DNA of 64,000 bases, from NCBI RefSeq assembly GCF_009914755.1, contig NC_060947.1; one strand, 5' to 3'. Under the pieces are notes generated by a model. That model had not been told where the DNA came from. It worked only from the letters and a program-made list of their open reading frames with translations, and did not search any database. This DNA is from the human T2T-CHM13v2.0 reference genome, Homo sapiens. Position 1 is the stretch's first letter; each line of letters opens with the position of its first letter. Shown piece after piece: positions 57,363-64,000 of the stretch. The translations under genes and the position numbers were made by a program.

Positions 57363-60300
57363 TGGATTATGTCCTTTTAAATGTACATTTATGAAGCTTG
57401 ATGCCTTAGGTAAGAAATGCCGAACACTGAGGAAAAACTTACATACATTCAGTGTATGTTTCCGTAACTGGCACCAAGTTGCATTATTTTCACAAACCTA
57501 AATACCACAGATCTGTAAGGTGAAGATAAGCATATGCATTTATACATACATGTATAATATATCTTCAATTTGTCTTGAAATTACTTATAATATCCTTATA
57601 AACAAGCACAAAATACTTACCTCTTATAAGATTTAACTAGTCTACTTCTTCCAGAGAGTTATAGTATAGCCAAATGAATTAAACTAATATCCTTTATCAC
57701 TTACCTATAGAAAACAAATGGATTTTTGACCTAAAAAAAAACTGGTTACTTTTTTAAAAACCTTAGTATATTGGTAAAAATAAATCAACTACTTAAATAT
57801 TGACTTTATGGAAATTTTATGTTTGTAATACATTTCTAACTCCGTTCATTCATTCAGTCTATAAATACATATTGAGTACCTATTATTTGTACCCTGTACT
57901 GTGCTAGACACTGGGATACAAAGATGAATAAAATATAGCCGCTAACCTCAAGATGATCACAGTCTAGTAGGGAAGATATCATTAGAAACATGAACTTCAA
58001 AGTTGCCATAATGGGGACTTCTAATTTTCCAGTAATAAACTTAGTTGCAAAAGGCAGACAAAAAGGCCATGTAAAATTTTACTCTAAAATTGTACCTTCT
58101 CCTGGATTTATAAGGAATAAATATATGCTTCACTGTGGAAATTTTGAAAAATACAGAATATTTTCAAAAACATCACTTCTACTGAGACATGTACATTTTT
58201 CAGCTTTCAGATGGCTGGACGGTGGAAGTTTCTTTTATAACAGCTTTTGACTTCCCTTCTTATTGCCACTTCCACTTGTATTTTATCTCCTTCCTATCAA
58301 TTATTTATCAACATAAGCCTATTAAGTACGCTTCAAAGAGCTTAGTAGATTTACTAATCTAGCATATAAATACAATTTCAGCTACTAGAAGTAATTAACT
58401 GTTCGGAACACTAGCAATGCACTTTGGTCATAACATTGACTTCCTTTTATTCATGAGGAAAAATACAAACTCTCAAATTAGGCTTTGTCCAGCTACACAC
58501 AAAAAGAGGGAAAAGTGAAAAATGAATCTCTTAGTAATCAATCTTGATTCATTTTTTTAAATTGCAAACAAGTATTTCTAATAATTAACACTTGTCTAAT
58601 TGATCTTGAATTGCCCTAATTAGAAGTACAGAACTAAATCTTCTTTACTTTGTATATTCAACAAGATATTCAAGTAAGGCTACAATGTTCCAATGAGCAT
58701 TCTCACCACCACCCCCTGATACACGTAGCATTTCAAAACACGCATTTTCTCTGCTGATATACCCACCTTCACCTTGATTTTTGAACAGCATTCTCCCTGT
58801 CATTATGTCTCAGAAGGTAAATTCCCATTACTTTATGCTGTCTCTAAAGCCAGTCTGGGGCCTGTAACTTGGATTCTATTTTCTGATGCTCATTTCCTAA
58901 TGGAGTGCCAGGGATCCTGTTTCAAGCCAGACAATTTGCTAAATATGGGCAGATGAGTGGGAGATTTTTCTGCCCACACTGTCCCTTAGATCGCAGATTA
59001 CCAAAAACATCTAACCCATTTACAAGATTGGCTAGGACTGAATAGACATTGGCTCCTGGAATAGGCTCTTGAATTGAGTCTGTACACGAGTTCTGATCCC
59101 AGGTTACAAAAACCTGTGAGGTACTTCAACAGGTCCATGCATGTGTTATATAGCTCAACTCCCAAATATGGTAATATCAACCTTAGCAAGAAAGGTCTAG
59201 CTGACAATAAATCAAAGAGGGCTTGATTTAAGAGATGTCCTACAATTTATGTGCTGTAATAATTGTTGATCGTTAATGATACTAAGCCAGTCATAACAAT
59301 GCTGCTAATTTCAATTTGTTATTTGGGTACTCAAAATTTAATAAGCCCTACTGATGGTAAGAGTTGCCAGCTAACTGAGGTAAGCCTGCATCTGTCTCCA
59401 GCCAAAATATATGTAGGCTGAAAAGTTTGTCTACATGCCCCAATAATGTATCGTAACAATTTGGACTTAGGCTTTTAAAATATGTAAGATGACATATGGC
59501 TTAAGAAAGTATGTGAGAGTTCATAGGGAACACATAATGATCTAGAAATTCTGTTTTTGTAAATTATTTACTAAATGCTGTATGGCCTTGTGCTCAACAC
59601 TGCTCAAATGCAGTGTTTTCCCTTTAAGAGGCTTATAATCTAAAACATACAAATAACCATATGCAGAAAAAAAGCTAGAGATCAGAGTAAAAGGAAGCAT
59701 TCACAAAAAAATGTACAAATTCAGCATGCCAGAACTTTTCAGTTGAGCAACATGATCCCCAGTGAAATTCTTTCCAAATGATGTATCGTGTGCACAAGTT
59801 ATAAGTGATTATCTTCAATTTTCTTAGAAATGAGTAATAAGATAACTCTTAAGACCCATGCTTTTGTATATGCATCAAACACTGAAGTTGGCGTGGTCAT
59901 TGATAGCTGTCATTTAGGGAGAAAACATATTTTCTGTCTTGTCTCATACCAGACAAATCCAGGACTCTTTTCCCCCAGATCAGTAATAAGCCGCCTTTTT
60001 CTAGGCTACAGTGAACAGCAAACATTGCAACTCTAAAGATGGAAGTAGCAGAATGCTCAAAAATATTGCATCAAAATATTGGATACAACCTACCAGCCCA
60101 TAAGAAAAAAACACATTGCAAAACTGACGCCATCTGCGTCATTTAGCAACCATTAAAATTCTTCTTATGTCTGTATTTCCTAATGCTTCCAAAATGGAAT
60201 TTGCTCCAAGAATTAAGAAACTCTTTTTAAGATGGCGGCCCTATTAAGAGACTTCTCCCTATCTCCCACTTCATCTCTTCAGTTCTTTTCCCTTGCCCAG

Positions 60301-62145
60301 GCTGGCTATTGTGACCATTTCAGCCAATTTCCTGGAGGTATTTTCTAGCCCTTTTCACCCTTTTTAATCCTACAAGTTTCCTGGGAAGCCTGTTTACTTG
60401 TATGCTTCCCCACTAGACTGTGAGCTCCTTGACAAAAGGGATTGTGTCTCACTCCTCTCTGCAACCCCAGCACCTATTACAGAGGCTGCCAAGGAGTTGG
60501 CAGTGTTAGACTCCTTTCAGCCCAAGGTGCCCCACCAATCATCAGCCATGTCCTCCATCAGATTGATGGCTCCCTCTAAGCACAGCTTGGTATCAGTATC
60601 AGGATTCGTGTACTATTCAGACCACATTTGAAAGAATTCTCTAACTGTTCCAAGTAGCACACAATACAGAGTTTTTTGTATTGTTCAAAGTTTCAAAGTT
60701 TTAACAAATCACCTGGTCACCCAAATGTCTCGTGCAATCTCAGAAGAGAAAAAACCCTTCCACACCTCACTTATTATTCTCTCTCTGGACATTAGGACCG
60801 CTAACTGCTTCAAACTAATTGGGGAACCGCAGCTGGCAACCCAGATACGGAGGCTAGTTCTCACAGTAAAAACAACAAAAACAAATACCAAACTATCTCT
60901 TTGTTTCAAGCACATTGCTTTTTATTTTTATGTTGTTTCATCTATTTCAAGAAACTCCAAGTCAATTTTGGCTGTTCAAGACTGCCTTTTACCCATACAG
61001 GCATTTGGCCTTCTGGATTGGTTCTCGCACTTTCCAAGGCCTTCCAAGGCAAGATCCCTCAATCTTTTGGGAGTTGCAACACTACCACGGTTTGTTTGAT
61101 TTTCTCATTTCCATCCATCCCTTACACTACCCCCCTCCCCCGACAAAAGTGGTGTATGGCATTCATAAAGTGAATTACACTTGATTTTTGTTTAGAGGAA
61201 TTTTTTTCCAGACTTCTGTAACATTCCCTTGAGACAATTGGAAACATCATTGTCTGATTACTAGCTCACTTTCCTTGCCTAAAATTGTATCCATTCTTGA
61301 TTGCGCCTGTGGGTAGGTTAAGCAAAACAAAATAAACATCTAGACTTATGAGCTCATTGGCTTTTTTCTGAATTTTTCTAAATTAAATAAGGGCAAAAGA
61401 GCTGTACTGAAAGTCAGTTATATGGATTTTTCTGCCAAATGCTAACTCTGTGCGCCTGGTTTCCATCTGTGGTGCTTTCCAAGTTACAAATCCTTAAAAA
61501 AATAAGTGGGGTATGAAGAGATCTATGGATTTTGGGGACATGCTATTTAGAACTGCTATCCTGTGACTTGAACACTCCAAAAGAAATGGGAACATGAGAT
61601 TGTAAGGCTTTAGATCAGCTTTGTGGAAGTCTAGTGTAGTCCTTCAGCACCAGTGATTTATTTTTTAGGCTGGCTGATCTCAAATGCCATTTAGTCTCAT
61701 CCATATTAGCATAAGAAATGTACCTTATTCAGGCTAACCCAATTCTGCTAATGGCTGAAGTTAGCAGTCAATCCCAAATGCTCCCCCTAAGTGAAACAGG
61801 ACATTCTTGAGGATTTCTCCTTACTGTGACTGAATCTCATTTGATCTGGGACAAAGAAAGCTTTAATGCAGTTAATATAGTGCAGCAGGCAAACTGAACA
61901 TGGCTTAAAATATGGATGCAGAGGGGGGAAAGTCAAGCGGTCATCATGATGGTTCATAACTACCAAATAATTTTCAGCTCTCTTTCAATTTCCAACCACT
62001 GAACGACAGCAGCAAATTATACATTTATTCACTTTGAAATTATACACTTACCATTGTATTTAGTCTGCCATTATTGTCTCTTCCCTAAAATACTGATGAG
62101 CTCTTTCCACACACGAACATTAGGATTTTCATGTTTTCCATATCT

Positions 62146-62258
62146 ACAGTGACCATATTTGTCCCACTAAAATTCAGGACACGCAGTTTCATGCCAGGAC
62201 AGAGTATTAGAAACCTGCACTGCCCCCGGAAAATCCAGGATATATAATGGTAGCTGTA
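62146..62258. mobile_element. hAT-Blackjack MITE (MER81/MER94-like)
   Basis: Imperfect TIRs tacagtgaccata / atggtagctgta, with internal caggacac...actgcccccggaaaatccaggata. Confidence 0.55.
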
Positions 62259-63099
62259 TGGGGATCACCATATTTGAAGTTTGGCTTGGCTCCAGTGCAA
62301 GTCAGGACAGTGCCTGCCATGTAGAAGATGCTCAACAGTGTTTGTGTTTGTTAAATAGAACTAAAGCAGGGAACGTTGGGTTTATATGATGAAAACCCTT
62401 GAAAAGTGATTTCTCCTATAGAGTTTGTGAAATAGTAGAGGAAAATGAAAAATCTTTATTACAAGTCCCTCTTCTCTATAAGTGTATGGCCATCCCTAGG
62501 CCTCAAGGGAGGGAAGGAGCCCAGGCCAAATCTCATACACACAGCGTGTGGGCCCTCCCAATACTTTTATACAGATGCTGCAAAGAGGCAGGCAGCCAGA
62601 GAGCTGGGGGAGAGCAAGGGAGGGCGAGTGCCTGCAGGAGTGTGTGTGTAGAGGGGGGTTGCTAAATGACTATCTGTGCTTTCTTCTGGCCTTTTTCTTC
62701 TTTTGGGCACCACCTTTACCTCCTGGCTTCGAATCAGCCAAATGTGGCCCCAACCCCAACCCTGGACCCATTCATCTTGTGGGTGCTCAGCCTGTGAGGA
62801 CCAATTTTTACATTACCAACAAAAGCATGTTCTCTAGCCTTAACAATCTAATTACCATGGCACTTCCAGGGGAGAGAGATTGGCCAGTTGTTTCAGTTCT
62901 GTGGAACTGATTCATAGGTTGCCCCTTACAGCTCCTGCACATGCCCACGTGGTACATTATTAACACTTAACAGGGGATGAGGTAGTTCGACCCTCCCTTA
63001 GAGCGAAATCCTGCAAAGCAATATTTAACATATGCGCAAATGCATTTCAGTCACCAAAAAGGGTGACCAATTACCTTTGCAACTAAACAGCAGGCTCAC

Positions 63100-64000
63100 T
63101 CGGCTCTTTTCATCAACCTAAAGAAAAGGCTGAGGGCGCGCTGGCTGCCTAGGTAACCTCCTACCAGTGAACCCTGGCTGGCAGCGCCCACGGGGTGCGC
63201 ATCCGCATTCACAACTTGGTCCAACCATCGGGCCCGCCTCCATGACTTGTTGAGAGCCACCAGCCAAGTTTTGGCTAGGGCTGCTCCCCGATCCCTCGGA
63301 AGCGCGGGACGCGCGCCTCACTGGATGCCTGAGTTGAGAAGAGACCCTGGAGGCCACAAACGTCTCACGGTTACGGAATACAACTGGCCGTTTCTTCTCA
63401 GTGCACCCCTGACAAATTAACCTGTTTGAAACCGACTCTTCTTGTCCGCATTGTCAGTGTAGCAATTTGGTCTAATTGGATTCTAAGGCGGGCGTTAGGA
63501 GCCCAACCGCTGGACAGTCAATCACGCAGGGCCATTAATATTCATCTGTTGACAGCGGCAGCCCTCGGCTGATGTTAAAATACGTCGTTACGGCACGATC
63601 TGATTGTGCAGAACAAAAGGCAGGCGTTCAGAAACTTTCCTCCACCTGAAATCATCTCCCCTTTAGGATCCAGCCTGTCAAGAAGGCAGATGAATTTGGG
63701 AGGGGGAGGAGTTAAATATCTTTGGACTCCTGCTCCCTGGGCCAGCAGCACCGGTTTTAAAGCGATTTCGCTAACCTATATAAGGGATGCTGTTTTGAAG
63801 GAAAAGGTTCAGTCTCCTCATTTTGGGGACCCTCTTACTCAAAAGTTTGCCTCAGTGTGTCTTCACCCGCCACTGCAGACTCAGAAATCTGTCCTCAACT
63901 TTGCTTGCACTTGGGCCCGTGAGCTTAGGAAACCCAGGCTGGGTAAAGGCGGCGGGGGGTGGGGGTACGTTGGGGAAGGGATGGCTGGAGCTGTGGTCCA
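63100..64000. promoter_or_regulatory. CpG-rich shore/edge of the promoter-associated CpG island
   Basis: Many CpGs (gggcgcgc, gcgcgggacgcgcgc, ggcgggcg, tacgtcgttacggcacg) against a CpG-depleted background, with no repeats; position fits the 5' end of intron 1. Confidence 0.75.

Noticed and set aside
60725-62910. Non-repeat ORFs of 90-124 aa antisense to GPC3
   Set aside because: No recognisable domain or splice context; lengths are compatible with chance.
63175-63200. CTCF-like motif gcagcgcccacgggg
   Set aside because: Too many mismatches to the core consensus.

Overview
Primate (almost certainly human X-chromosome) genomic DNA lying inside the glypican-3 gene, which is transcribed on the minus strand. 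The only protein-coding sequence I can support is a 162-bp exon at 32178-32339 ([54 protein letters not shown]), recognised as GPC3 exon 2. Intron 1 lies to its right and ends in a CpG-rich zone approaching exon 1; intron 2 lies to its left. The rest is interspersed repeats: about 18 Alu copies or fragments, L1, L2, MIR, CR1/L3 fossils, MaLR/ERVL solo LTRs and hAT MITEs. The other ORFs in the track look like repeat-derived or chance ORFs. I see no new gene system. The most unusual structure is a 1.4-kb cluster at 43.6-45.1 kb containing an inverted duplication, a tandem duplication, a short triplication and a templated insertion, which looks like a fossil template-switching rearrangement. Also notable are a 55-bp L1-tail micro-insertion with a perfect 17-bp TSD, an old ~220-bp local duplication, a G4/UG-rich element just upstream of the exon 2 acceptor, and a near-perfect 39-bp palindrome. 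Repeat subfamily names and boundaries were read by eye and are approximate.
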